From Terracidiphilus sp. (GTDB lineage Bacteria > Acidobacteriota > Terriglobia > Terriglobales > Acidobacteriaceae): 64,000 nt of DNA. Shown here piece by piece: positions 1-9,359 of the stretch (its first letter is position 1; each line of letters opens with the position of its first letter). The notes beneath the pieces are model-generated. The model made no database searches and was not told where the DNA came from. It worked only from the letters and a program-made list of their open reading frames with translations. The stretch covers positions 9,625 through 73,624 of the forward strand of contig JBEKPI010000001.1 of assembly GCA_049520855.1 (NCBI GenBank), in the 5' to 3' direction. The position numbers were made by a program, and so were the translations under genes.

Positions 1-722
1 GACTCAACCAGCAGCAACCAGTCTCTGCCCGGATAATGCAGCACTACGTCGGGCATCTTGCCGTGTGTTTCGACTCCAACGCCCAATTCGGCGAGTAGCG
101 GTTTCTCGAAGTAGCCCCACTTCTCGCCGGTATCCCCGGCGTAAATCAGAACGGCTCCGGGCACAAAACGTGGCGCGAAGCTTTCAATGATCTCTCGGAT
201 CAACTCGCTGTGTTCGCCGGGACTGAGCTTGATTACCTTACCCGGCGCGATCTGAACGGGGACAAGGTTCTGCTTGCGCTCATTAGCGTATCGTGCGACC
301 AATGTCTGGCGCTTCGCAAGGTAAGCATTCAGTTTTACTTTCCATGCGGTTGCGCCAAAGCTACGCAATAATTCGAGTGCGAGAGGCTCGATTTGATAAA
401 CGGCCGCGGGGCTGTTCACTGGTCGCGTCGGATTGTCGGGATTGTAGACGGCAAGGCCAGCGTCAACGAATTGGTGCATGGTTTGTCGCCGTATTGTTTC
501 TCGTGTGTTGGGTGCGTAGTCCTTTTGGTAATGTTCGCGGATCCAATCCATGATCGGAGTGATTCCCATTAGCGGGCTTTCGGCCTGTGACCAGTTGCTC
601 CTTGGTTGCAGGTTCAGCAAGGCCAGCAAGGAGAGCGCCGAACGTTCGTTCTGTTGGGCTTTCGGGAGGCCGAGAGCAGTCAGAACTTGCAGAGCTGAAC
701 CAACCAAAGCTTTCTTGTTCAT
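1..722 (-). CDS. Type II restriction endonuclease, BsuBI/PstI family (partial; 3' end runs off the window)
   Basis: Not in the ORF track. Manual minus-strand translation from ATG 722 gives MNKKALVG...QQNERSALSLLALL...MGITPIMDWIREHY...APNTRETIRRQTMHQF...NSPAAVYQI...HGKMPDVVL...WLLLVES, typical of BsuBI/PstI endonucleases. 4-bp ATGA overlap with the methyltransferase stop. Confidence 0.85.
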   Translation of the reverse strand, partial: MNKKALVGSALQVLTALGLPKAQQNERSALSLLALLNLQPRSNWSQAESPLMGITPIMDWIREHYQKDYAPNTRETIRRQTMHQFVDAGLAVYNPDNPTRPVNSPAAVYQIEPLALELLRSFGATAWKVKLNAYLAKRQTLVARYANERKQNLVPVQIAPGKVIKLSPGEHSELIREIIESFAPRFVPGAVLIYAGDTGEKWGYFEKPLLAELGVGVETHGKMPDVVLHYPGRDWLLLVE

Positions 723-2203
723 CCCGTGAGCCCCTGCGAAATTGCGTCCATTCTGGCTTGGGGGATTATCCCCTGGCTGCGCGCGCACTCGCCAATTGCG
801 ATTAATGTGCGTCGATCCGGGTATTTCATTAGCCGGAGGTCGGTGGCGTTAACCTGAGTGTGACCGTTGAACCGACGGAAGTTCTCGTCAACCGCTGTGG
901 TATTGAGGAAGACTGCCAGACCGTAGGCAAGTGCTTCAGGCATGCCATGCTTTTCTTCGTGAAAGACATTCAAGTGGTTTTCAAATCCGAGAAGTTTCGC
1001 GCCGGGGAATTTGTCAGGTCTCACAACGCTCGCAATAATACGGCGCGGTTCCTCTTTAGACGAGAAACGTCGAACCACTGTGTAGAAGCCGTTCGGGTAG
1101 AGCCACCGTCTAGTCTCCTTGTTGATTGCAATGGCGTTTCCACGCTTGATTCCTTCTCTTGGCCAGTGGGTAGTTTGGCCGCTGAAGTGGCCTGGATAGA
1201 GGAGAGGTGCGGTGTTCTTGTCTGGCATCTCTTGGAGATGTTCGAGAAATCTGAAATCGACAATAGGGCCTGTAGAGACTCCGATTCCGAGTTCCGTTGG
1301 GGTGAATCGGACGCCCTTGGACAGTTCGATGGCGCTATATCCGAGCGAGGTTGGGATGTGGATAAACTTGTTAGGGTCATCGGGAAAGACAATCCGGTCG
1401 AAGGGATGCTCTTGGGCGGCAAGATCGCTAAAGCTGTCGTCGTCGGAGTGGGAGACCGTAACGCTGCTCTGTACCCCGGCACACTCGAGTCGCATAATGA
1501 CGTTCTCCTGCAAAACGTCGTCGTCCTTGAACGCTTTGGTTCGTGACGCGAACAAGTGCAGGTGGCGTAACGCGGCGCTCCTCAGGAGGAATTCGCGAAA
1601 TGGCCTATAGTATGGGCCGTTGCAGAAGCTGCGCGGGATGATGGCGACGACCTGCCCCCCCGGCTTCATCCGGGACAAGGCTAGGGCAACGAAGGCCGAA
1701 TAGAGATTGACTGTTTCGATGCCGGCCTGCCGCAAGATAAGGCGATGACTTGATAGGCTGTTGATCTTCTTGTACGGCGGATTCAAGATCGCGTGTGTAT
1801 ATTGCCGAGGAGCCAAGCTTTGCATTGCTGCTGCTTCGATAAAGTCACCTGGAAGTACGCGATAGCTTACGGGGAGCCGAGGCTGGTAGCGGACCAGCAT
1901 TCGATCAAGGTGGAAACGCAAAGCAGGGTCGATTTCGTAGGCATCTACTTGGGCATCGCGAAAGGAGAACCCATCGGAGGCGGCCCAGCGGTCGAGGAAG
2001 GCGCATGTGAGTGCACCCAGACCTGCTCCTGCATCAAGCAACGTACAGGTAGTAAGTGCGCTTGGCGGGAAGAGCGTAGCCATGAATCGCGCTACTGGCG
2101 TGGGCGTCATGAATTGCCCAAGCGCGGATTTGCGCCCCGACGCAATTCCCGGCGCCAATGTCCGCCGTACGCTATCTGCGTGCTCAAGTAGCTGAATCGG
2201 CAT
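719..2203 (-). CDS. N6-adenine DNA methyltransferase (Eco57I/BsuBI-PstI-like), cognate of the adjacent endonuclease
   Basis: SAM-binding LLDAGAGLG, catalytic NPPY, N-terminal LGQFMTP; translationally coupled to the endonuclease. Confidence 0.9.
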   Translation of the reverse strand: MPIQLLEHADSVRRTLAPGIASGRKSALGQFMTPTPVARFMATLFPPSALTTCTLLDAGAGLGALTCAFLDRWAASDGFSFRDAQVDAYEIDPALRFHLDRMLVRYQPRLPVSYRVLPGDFIEAAAMQSLAPRQYTHAILNPPYKKINSLSSHRLILRQAGIETVNLYSAFVALALSRMKPGGQVVAIIPRSFCNGPYYRPFREFLLRSAALRHLHLFASRTKAFKDDDVLQENVIMRLECAGVQSSVTVSHSDDDSFSDLAAQEHPFDRIVFPDDPNKFIHIPTSLGYSAIELSKGVRFTPTELGIGVSTGPIVDFRFLEHLQEMPDKNTAPLLYPGHFSGQTTHWPREGIKRGNAIAINKETRRWLYPNGFYTVVRRFSSKEEPRRIIASVVRPDKFPGAKLLGFENHLNVFHEEKHGMPEALAYGLAVFLNTTAVDENFRRFNGHTQVNATDLRLMKYPDRRTLIAIGECARSQGIIPQARMDAISQGLTG

Positions 2204-2299
2204 TATTTGCTCGCCTCGGTAAGCGCCTGCCTAGACAGATACGCTTCTAGAATCATACGACGAAGACAGCACAAAGCGGCAGGAATATATTGGTGAACG

Positions 2300-2680
2300 A
2301 TGCTGATGAGGCTGCATATCGAGTATGAGAAGCAAGCGGAGTATCCGCTTGAGCGGAGGGAGACGGGCAGGCTCGACTGGCGCGTGGAGAAGATGGCTCT
2401 GTCAAAGGATAAGACGCAGTTGCGGTATAACGAGTTTTTGACGCTGAGCGGGATTCCGACGGAGGCGTATGAGTACAGGCTGGGGATTCGGAGCGCGCTG
2501 GAGTGGGTGGTGGACCAGTACCGGGTTTCGACGGATAAGCGGTCGGGGATTGTGAACGATCCGAATCGAGAGGACGATGCGGAGTATATTGTGCGGCTGG
2601 TGGGGCAGGTGGTTACGGTTTCGGTGGAGACGGTGCGTCTGGTGCGGGATCTAGCGGGGTTGGGGATCGATCAGAGGTGA
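2300..2680 (+). pseudogene. Orphan C-terminal fragment of a type ISP restriction-modification enzyme
   Basis: LHIEYE...VEKM...YNEFLTLSGIP.EAYEYRLG.RSALEWVVDQYRVSTDKRSGIVNDPN resembles the type ISP C-terminal domain. Only 126 aa of a normally >1000-aa protein, with an in-frame TGA at 2294-2296 just upstream. Confidence 0.75.
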
Positions 2681-2749
2681 GAGTCAGAATCCGGAGCTCA
2701 ATGCTCTAGAATGAAGACGCAACGATCTTCGACCCAGGATTCCCCTCTC

Positions 2750-3682
2750 ATGACCGCAGCACTGAACTCCACACTCGTCTCCGCACTTGAAGCGGCCGCC
2801 GCGAAGGCTGGCCTGGCGCTTGCCTCCACCTCCGAGGGCTCCGACTCGAAGGGCCACCCCACGGCGGTCTTTGAATTGGGTTTGCCCTCCGCGGGCGCCG
2901 ACGGACGCACCGTCAGGCTGGAACTGAGCGAGGCTTTCAGCTTTGACAAGCCGGAGTTGCTGCCGGCGATGACGGCCCATCTGGCGGCTCAGGCCAAGCG
3001 GCTGCGCAATCCGCGGCCCGAGTGCTATGTCACGCTGGGCGGGCTGCCGGTGGCGTTCGGGCAGTTCCAATGGCCTTTTCATCGTTCGACCTCGGGCGCC
3101 GACACCTATATCGTCCACGGCGAGATGCACCTGGCCGACGGCGGCACGCACAACCTGCACGCCAAGGTTGCCGCCTCGGTCACGCTGACTTTTGCCGAGA
3201 TTGTGCCGGCCATGGAGCAGCCCTATGCGGAGACGTTTGTGTACAACGCCGTGCGCAAGACGGTGGACCTGGGCCAGCTTGAGTTTCTGAAGTCCGGCAA
3301 CCGCCAGCCGGTGCCGGTGACCACGCGCTACTACAGCCGCTGGCAAAAGAAGTTTCTCTTTACCGAGACCAACGACGAGGAACGGCTCGCCTACCTGCTG
3401 CGCAAGGTCTACTGGCTCAGCGGCGTGCTGGGCGAGGGGAAGCCAGTGTGGATTGCCGACCCGAGGGACGCGCAATACCTGAACACGGCAGAGACCGATT
3501 TGCTGCGCATGGCCGGTCACAAAGCCGGCGAGGGATTGCTGGTGCTGGAGGGCGAGTTTGCCGCCGCCACCCCGCTGCTGCTGGCCCGCGCGCCCGAATA
3601 CCAGGCAACGCTCGAAGCCGCGCTCAACTTCACCAAGCCTCAATTCAACGAGTCGATGCGCTCCGGGCACGCGAATATGTAG
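2750..3682 (+). CDS. Hypothetical protein (about 310 aa)
   Basis: Long ORF with GC3-rich coding-like codon use. A TAGAAT -10 box at 2707-2712 overlaps the track start (2711), favouring ATG 2750. No recognisable family motif. Confidence 0.7.
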   Translation: MTAALNSTLVSALEAAAAKAGLALASTSEGSDSKGHPTAVFELGLPSAGADGRTVRLELSEAFSFDKPELLPAMTAHLAAQAKRLRNPRPECYVTLGGLPVAFGQFQWPFHRSTSGADTYIVHGEMHLADGGTHNLHAKVAASVTLTFAEIVPAMEQPYAETFVYNAVRKTVDLGQLEFLKSGNRQPVPVTTRYYSRWQKKFLFTETNDEERLAYLLRKVYWLSGVLGEGKPVWIADPRDAQYLNTAETDLLRMAGHKAGEGLLVLEGEFAAATPLLLARAPEYQATLEAALNFTKPQFNESMRSGHANM

Positions 3683-3700
3683 GGCATTGGCGGCGTTCTT

Positions 3701-4126
3701 TCAGAGCGCCGCGCCGCATCCCGAGCAGAAGCGCGCGCCCTGGCCATTGGCCTGCCGGCAGCGTCCGCAGGCCAGCAGCGTACCTGGCTGCGCCGGCGGC
3801 ACGTTCACTGTGACGTTGATCGGCTGGCCCCATCCCGGCATCGGAATCCCCAGGGTTGCCGCAATCCCCGCCGCCTGGATGGCGTTGAACTCCCGCACCC
3901 GGCCGGGCATGAAAAAGCACTCGATAAAGCCCAGAATCCACGGAAAGGGCGACCAGCAGAAACAGCAATAGAGAATCCCCAAGCCGGTTCTGCGCAGATA
4001 GAAATGGTGCAGGCCGAAGCCGCCCAGAAACAGCGCCAGCAGGATGCCGACTACCTCGTCGCGGCGCACCATTTCATACTGCTGGTAAAAGATCGCTTGC
4101 GCGTTGGGATACGCCTGGGTGCTCAT
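3701..4126 (-). CDS. TM2-domain membrane protein with C-terminal zinc ribbon
   Basis: LLALFLGGFGLHHFYL (TM2) plus CGRC...CSGC; AAGGAG Shine-Dalgarno before ATG 4126. Confidence 0.8.
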   Translation of the reverse strand: MSTQAYPNAQAIFYQQYEMVRRDEVVGILLALFLGGFGLHHFYLRRTGLGILYCCFCWSPFPWILGFIECFFMPGRVREFNAIQAAGIAATLGIPMPGWGQPINVTVNVPPAQPGTLLACGRCRQANGQGARFCSGCGAAL

Positions 4127-4249
4127 GGCCGCTTCTCCTTGCCCTGTCGCCAATATACGCAATTGCGCCCTCGCGGGTTCCAGCGGCCCATGCTGCCCAT
4201 CACGAACCTTAATCCGCACCGGCCCCCGACGACGCGCATCCAATGAAAT

Positions 4250-5131
4250 ATGAGTACATCAATGTTACCCGCATCCGGCAGCGGCACATTCCGGATCGGC
4301 GGCGACCTGCCCGTTCACCGTCTGGGCTACGGAACCATGCGACTGGTAGGCGAAGGCGCATGGGGCGAGCCTGCCGATGCCGCCGAAGCCCGCCACGTTC
4401 TGCGCCGGGCTGTCGAGCTGGGCGTCACGCTCATCGACACCGCCGACGCCTATGGCCCGGAGATTGCCGAACGGCTGATCGCCGAGGCGCTTCATCCCTA
4501 TCCAGCGGGCCTTGTCATCGCCACCAAGGGCGGCATCACGCGGCAGGGGCCGGCGAAGACAGAATACGTGGGCCGCGCGGGCTATTTGATCCAATGTGTC
4601 GAGATGAGCCTGCGGCGGCTCAAGCTCGACCGTATCGACCTGTATCAACTGCATCGCATCGACCCCCGGACGCCGTTGGAGGAGTCTCTCGGCGCGCTCA
4701 AGAACCTACAGACCCAGGGCAAGATTCGCCACATCGGCCTGAGCGAGGTCTCCGCGGCCGAAATTGAAGAGGCCCGCAAGATCGTCGAAGTGACGACTGT
4801 CCAGAATCGATACAGTCTGGCCGACCGGCGGCACGAGGAAACACTGGCGTATTGCGAGCGGCAAGGAATCGGCTTCCTTCCCTGGTACCCGATCAATGCC
4901 GGCAAGCTGCTCAAGCCCGACCACCCTTCGGCGCAGGCTCTGGCCCAGATCGCCACCCGCCATTCAGCCACGGTTGCTCAGCTTTCGCTGGCGTGGCTGC
5001 TCGAACGCTCGCCGGTGATGCTGCCGATTCCCGGCACGTCGAAGGTCGCGCATCTGGAGGAGAACGTCGCGGCGGCTGGAGTCAAGCTGAGCGCGGAGGA
5101 GTTGACGGAGTTAGAGAAGACCGCAAGCTAA
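4250..5131 (+). CDS. Aldo/keto reductase
   Basis: LGYGTM, IDTADAYG, IATKGG, IDLYQLHR, IRHIGLSEV, VQNRYS, PIPGT motifs. Confidence 0.92.
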   Translation: MSTSMLPASGSGTFRIGGDLPVHRLGYGTMRLVGEGAWGEPADAAEARHVLRRAVELGVTLIDTADAYGPEIAERLIAEALHPYPAGLVIATKGGITRQGPAKTEYVGRAGYLIQCVEMSLRRLKLDRIDLYQLHRIDPRTPLEESLGALKNLQTQGKIRHIGLSEVSAAEIEEARKIVEVTTVQNRYSLADRRHEETLAYCERQGIGFLPWYPINAGKLLKPDHPSAQALAQIATRHSATVAQLSLAWLLERSPVMLPIPGTSKVAHLEENVAAAGVKLSAEELTELEKTAS

Positions 5132-5437
5132 CGCGTTTCTCAATATGAAGATCAACATTGCTTCGGAAAAGGAGGCTTTGCGCCGGAAGGAAAGCTCAGC
5201 AACAGCCTATTTTTTCTGGAGTTTCATATCCAGGACAGTCTATATGCCCCTTTGAATGTTCCATGGGCTTCGATCCACACTCCAGCTCAGTATCGACTGA
5301 AGACATTTAGGTATATTCTCCAGGTCTCCCAGGTTCGAAATTTCGGAGATGGGAGAGTATAAAACTTCCCATTCGGTTTTCTGGGATTCATCTTACAATC
5401 CCAAGTCTCTTCAGAGACCAGTGGTACCCAGATTTGT

Positions 5438-5487
5438 GCGCGGGTCCGGAGACCCGCGCTACAGCCGCTCTAGAGAGCGGCGCTACA
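5438..5487 (-). repeat. Two tandem GTAG-type REP-like palindromes downstream of recA
   Basis: On the minus strand: GTAG-CGCCGCTCTCTAGAGCGGC then GTAG-CGCGGGTCTCCGGACCCGCGC; two GC-rich hairpins each preceded by GTAG. Confidence 0.65.
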
Positions 5488-5492
5488 AACTA

Positions 5493-6569
<1,077 letters not shown>

Positions 6570-6762
6570 TTTGGGGGCTCCTCAAAAAAAGTGCTCGCTG
6601 GCACGGATCCTTTTATTTGCAGGAAACGGCGCGGCGGCCTGGAATGGATTTCGTAAGGATTGTAGCAGGGCTGGACGGAGAAAGACAGAAGATACTGGCG
6701 AAGAAACGGAAAAGTATTCAGCCAAACGACCACATTTAGCGATCTGCATCACTTTTTATAAA

Positions 6763-6791
6763 TTGCATCGTTTTTTGTTTTGATGTAGTAT
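6763..6791 (+). promoter_or_regulatory. sigma70-type promoter of vapBC (probably leaderless transcript)
   Basis: TTGCAT-N17-TAGTAT; the ATG at 6798 begins 7 nt after the -10 box. Confidence 0.65.
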
Positions 6792-6797
6792 GGGGAT

Positions 6798-7055
6798 ATG
6801 AGAACCACGATCACACTGAACGACGAGACCCATATCTTTGCCAGCGATTACGCCCGTGCGCGTGGACTCACGCTCAGTGGGGCCATCGACGAGCTCATCC
6901 GCAAGGCGGAGCCGGCACCAGAACCTAAGCCCGGAATCGTGTTTTCTCCCGACGGTTTCCCGATGTTTCCTCCATCTGGAACCGGCAGGGTTATTACGGA
7001 CGAGATGGTGAAGAAACTCGAGGAGGAAGAGTTTGATCCTAAAAAGTTTGCTTGA
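6798..7055 (+). CDS. vapB: Antitoxin, RHH/CopG-type (VapB-like)
   Basis: MRTTITL ribbon-helix-helix start, acidic C-terminus, overlaps the PIN toxin gene. Confidence 0.8.
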   Translation: MRTTITLNDETHIFASDYARARGLTLSGAIDELIRKAEPAPEPKPGIVFSPDGFPMFPPSGTGRVITDEMVKKLEEEEFDPKKFA

Positions 7056-7470
7056 TTTGAACGTCTTGATTGCGCTCACCGATCCGGAGCACCAGCATCA
7101 CCAGAAGGCGCGGAATTGGCTTACTTCCTCCGGTGGTGAGCGATTGGGCATTTGTCCCTTGACTGAGTCGGGATTTTTGCGGGTGACGACCAATCCCGCA
7201 TTCCACCTCGGCCCACGAACTTTGGAGCACGCAGTCGCCATTCTTCAGGCGCTCAAAGGACGTGATGACTACTGGTATTGCCCGATCGATGAAAGTTGGG
7301 TAACCCTTACCGCTGGGTTTGCTGCACGCATCTTCGGCCATCAACAGGTGACCGATGCTTATCTCTTAGGACTTGCGATCAAAGAGAAAGGTGTGCTGGT
7401 CACCTTCGACAAGGGCATTCGACGCATGGCGGGCGCGGAGTTCAGCCGGAACGTTCTGCTTATTGAGTAA
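7033..7470 (+). CDS. vapC: PIN-domain toxin (VapC-like)
   Basis: LLDLNVLIAL...TESGFLRV...QVTDAYLLGLA...LVTFD, the PIN acidic residue pattern. Confidence 0.9.
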   Translation: MILKSLLDLNVLIALTDPEHQHHQKARNWLTSSGGERLGICPLTESGFLRVTTNPAFHLGPRTLEHAVAILQALKGRDDYWYCPIDESWVTLTAGFAARIFGHQQVTDAYLLGLAIKEKGVLVTFDKGIRRMAGAEFSRNVLLIE

Positions 7471-7485
7471 AGAGAAACGTGCGAA

Positions 7486-7782
7486 TCAGACGCTGTAGGC
7501 GCCGATGCGTGTTTCGCGCGCGGTGAGCGAGTCGCAGGCGCGATCGAGGGTTTCGTATTCCTGGTCGTGGTCCTTGCGGAATGCGCGGAAAGCCTCTTCG
7601 CTGGCCCAGCGGTCGATGGTGAGGTAGTTGCATGGGATGTAGGCGTTGCGCAGCAACTCCGTACCCAGGTAGTCGGGCGAGGCGCCGAACAGTTTGGCCC
7701 AGGCGCCCCCGGGCGCATAGGCGGCCTCAAAGCCGGCAACCTTCTCCTCGGCAATCTCAAACTGCCATACAACGACGAACAT
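7486..7782 (-). CDS. Antibiotic biosynthesis monooxygenase (ABM) domain protein
   Basis: MFVVVWQFEI...FEAAY...YLGTELL...YLTIDRWASEEAF; start reassigned to ATG 7782 (98 aa). Confidence 0.75.
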   Translation of the reverse strand: MFVVVWQFEIAEEKVAGFEAAYAPGGAWAKLFGASPDYLGTELLRNAYIPCNYLTIDRWASEEAFRAFRKDHDQEYETLDRACDSLTARETRIGAYSV

Positions 7783-7994
7783 AGGCGGCACCAATCTCTT
7801 CCTTATGGTAGCGCAGAGGGGATTGCAGTGGCGAAAGTGGGCGTAATCCCACAACAAGAATCGAGATACAAGGCTCCAACGGCCGCGCTGGCCAAGAATT
7901 TGACAGTCGGCTGGAATGACGGCATGGGCGAGGATGGTGGCGTGTCCGGGGAGGCTCTTCCGGACGGCAAAAAAGGAACTTCCTTGGCAACTCG

Positions 7995-8012
7995 TGTGCA
8001 ACGCATTGCACA
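7995..8012. promoter_or_regulatory. Perfect palindrome, candidate bEBP upstream activating sequence
   Basis: TGTGCAA-CGCA-TTGCACA, 48 bp upstream of a -24/-12 promoter; an IHF-like TAACATGTTGAAT (8033-8045, one mismatch) lies between them. Confidence 0.6.
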
Positions 8013-8060
8013 TAAGTCTACTTATCGATATTTAACATGTTGAATCTAAAAGCCTTGCTT

Positions 8061-8076
8061 TGGTATGGAACGTGCA
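8061..8076 (+). promoter_or_regulatory. sigma54 (-24/-12) promoter of the PEP-CTERM gene
   Basis: TGGTATGGAACGTGCA: GG-N10-GC with correct spacing. Confidence 0.6.
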
Positions 8077-8304
8077 ACTGTCGATACATGTTGAATTGGA
8101 GCGCCGTGGTCGGCGGTTCTGGGCATTTTTCCCCAATCGTGCTCTTAATCCTACCGTCGCTCTAAGGGGAAACAATGGTTTCGCAGTATGCGTGCGGAGA
8201 TGTTCCAGCACACTACCTGTGCAAGGCAGCGCGGGTTTTGGGTGGTCAGCCGCAAGAGGTTTAAGCAGGACAGATGCCCGCGAGGGTGAAATTTTGGAGG
8301 AACC

Positions 8305-8961
8305 ATGAAGAAACTCGGATTTGCTTTACTCGCATTGGCGGCTGCTCTTGCAACAGCTCCAGCCGCAATGGCGACTGGCGGGGTGCCGATTTATGTCGAC
8401 ATTTGGGGCACTAGTACTGCCAACCCCAACGGAACCAGCGGCGTCGGCATCGTTTCCGGCGGCGGCGTTCTCACGGGTACCTTGGTCGGCGGCTCATATG
8501 AGATCACCGGCGGTACGTTTACGATTGACGGCATGGCCGCAGACTTAATCCCCTACGCAGGCGGAGTCTACCCGGCGCCAGTTCCTTCCCCCGGTGGTGG
8601 TGGGTTTACTTACGACGACACGCTTAGTCTGACATCGCCGTATGTTGACGCTGCGGGCGCACTGCTGTTCTCGATTCCCAGTATGCCGAATACGCAAGCA
8701 GCGCTCTTTTTCTGCTCCAATGTCAGTGGCAACTGCCTTGCCGGCGGCGGCGGCAACGACCTCCTGGAATTCTACAACACATCAACTGAGCTTTACACAC
8801 CCCTCTATGTTGGAGACCCCCCAATCACTGGCTACGACATCAACATGAGCGCCTCGCTGACCCCGGAGCCGTCCTCGTGGCTGTTGATGGGCACAGGGCT
8901 GCTCTTCCTGGTTGGTTTTCTTTATCGGAAGGCGAAGCCCGGATTCAATCAAGCGGCTTGA
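8305..8961 (+). CDS. PEP-CTERM sorting-domain surface protein
   Basis: Signal peptide MKKLGFALLALAAALA; Gly/Thr/Ser-rich body; C-terminal TPEPSSWLLMGTGLLFLVGFLYRKAK; GGAGG Shine-Dalgarno. Confidence 0.92.
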   Translation: MKKLGFALLALAAALATAPAAMATGGVPIYVDIWGTSTANPNGTSGVGIVSGGGVLTGTLVGGSYEITGGTFTIDGMAADLIPYAGGVYPAPVPSPGGGGFTYDDTLSLTSPYVDAAGALLFSIPSMPNTQAALFFCSNVSGNCLAGGGGNDLLEFYNTSTELYTPLYVGDPPITGYDINMSASLTPEPSSWLLMGTGLLFLVGFLYRKAKPGFNQAA

Positions 8962-8981
8962 TTTCACCGTTTGTTCGGTCG

Positions 8982-9017
8982 AAGACGGGGGGCGCGGAAT
9001 CGCGCCCCCCGTCTTTT
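8982..9017 (+). terminator. Intrinsic terminator
   Basis: 15-bp stem AAGACGGGGGGCGCG-GAAT-CGCGCCCCCCGTCTT ending in a T run, right after the PEP-CTERM stop. Confidence 0.85.
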
Positions 9018-9359
9018 GCGCTTGCGACGGTCTGCCGGCGGGCTTTGTAATCAAGCTCCGCTTCCGCGGCAGAGTCCTTCAGCCTCAGTTTGGCCATCCA
9101 TGTGTGCAGACAGCGGGTCTGGCCCGTTGAGTCCACGCAAGACCGGTTACCGAAAGATAATGCGCCCACCTTTTTGGAGCAGGTGAAGGTCTTAGAGCAA
9201 AACCAGGGATACTATATTCTGATAAGCCTCGTCCGAGGCCGCCGCTCTCCGTTGGTCGCGTTGACTTGAGTGCTATGCCCTCGGATACATCTTCCCTGGT
9301 TTTGCTATAGCCGCGCCAGATCGTGCAAGAAATTGAAATCAAAGGAGACCTCGGCCCCA

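Noticed and set aside
5135-5430. AT-richer gap between the aldo/keto reductase and recA, possible gene remnant
   Set aside because: Short frames show no recognisable motif.
6570-6797. Search for an SOS box upstream of recA
   Set aside because: No GTTC-N7-GTTC or GAAC-N7-GAAC (the acidobacterial/alphaproteobacterial LexA box) is visible.
8089-8304. c-di-GMP or other riboswitch in the PEP-CTERM leader
   Set aside because: Only small hairpins (GAAAC/GTTTC, GCACA/TGTGC); conserved class I/II motifs not found by eye. An Rfam scan would settle it.
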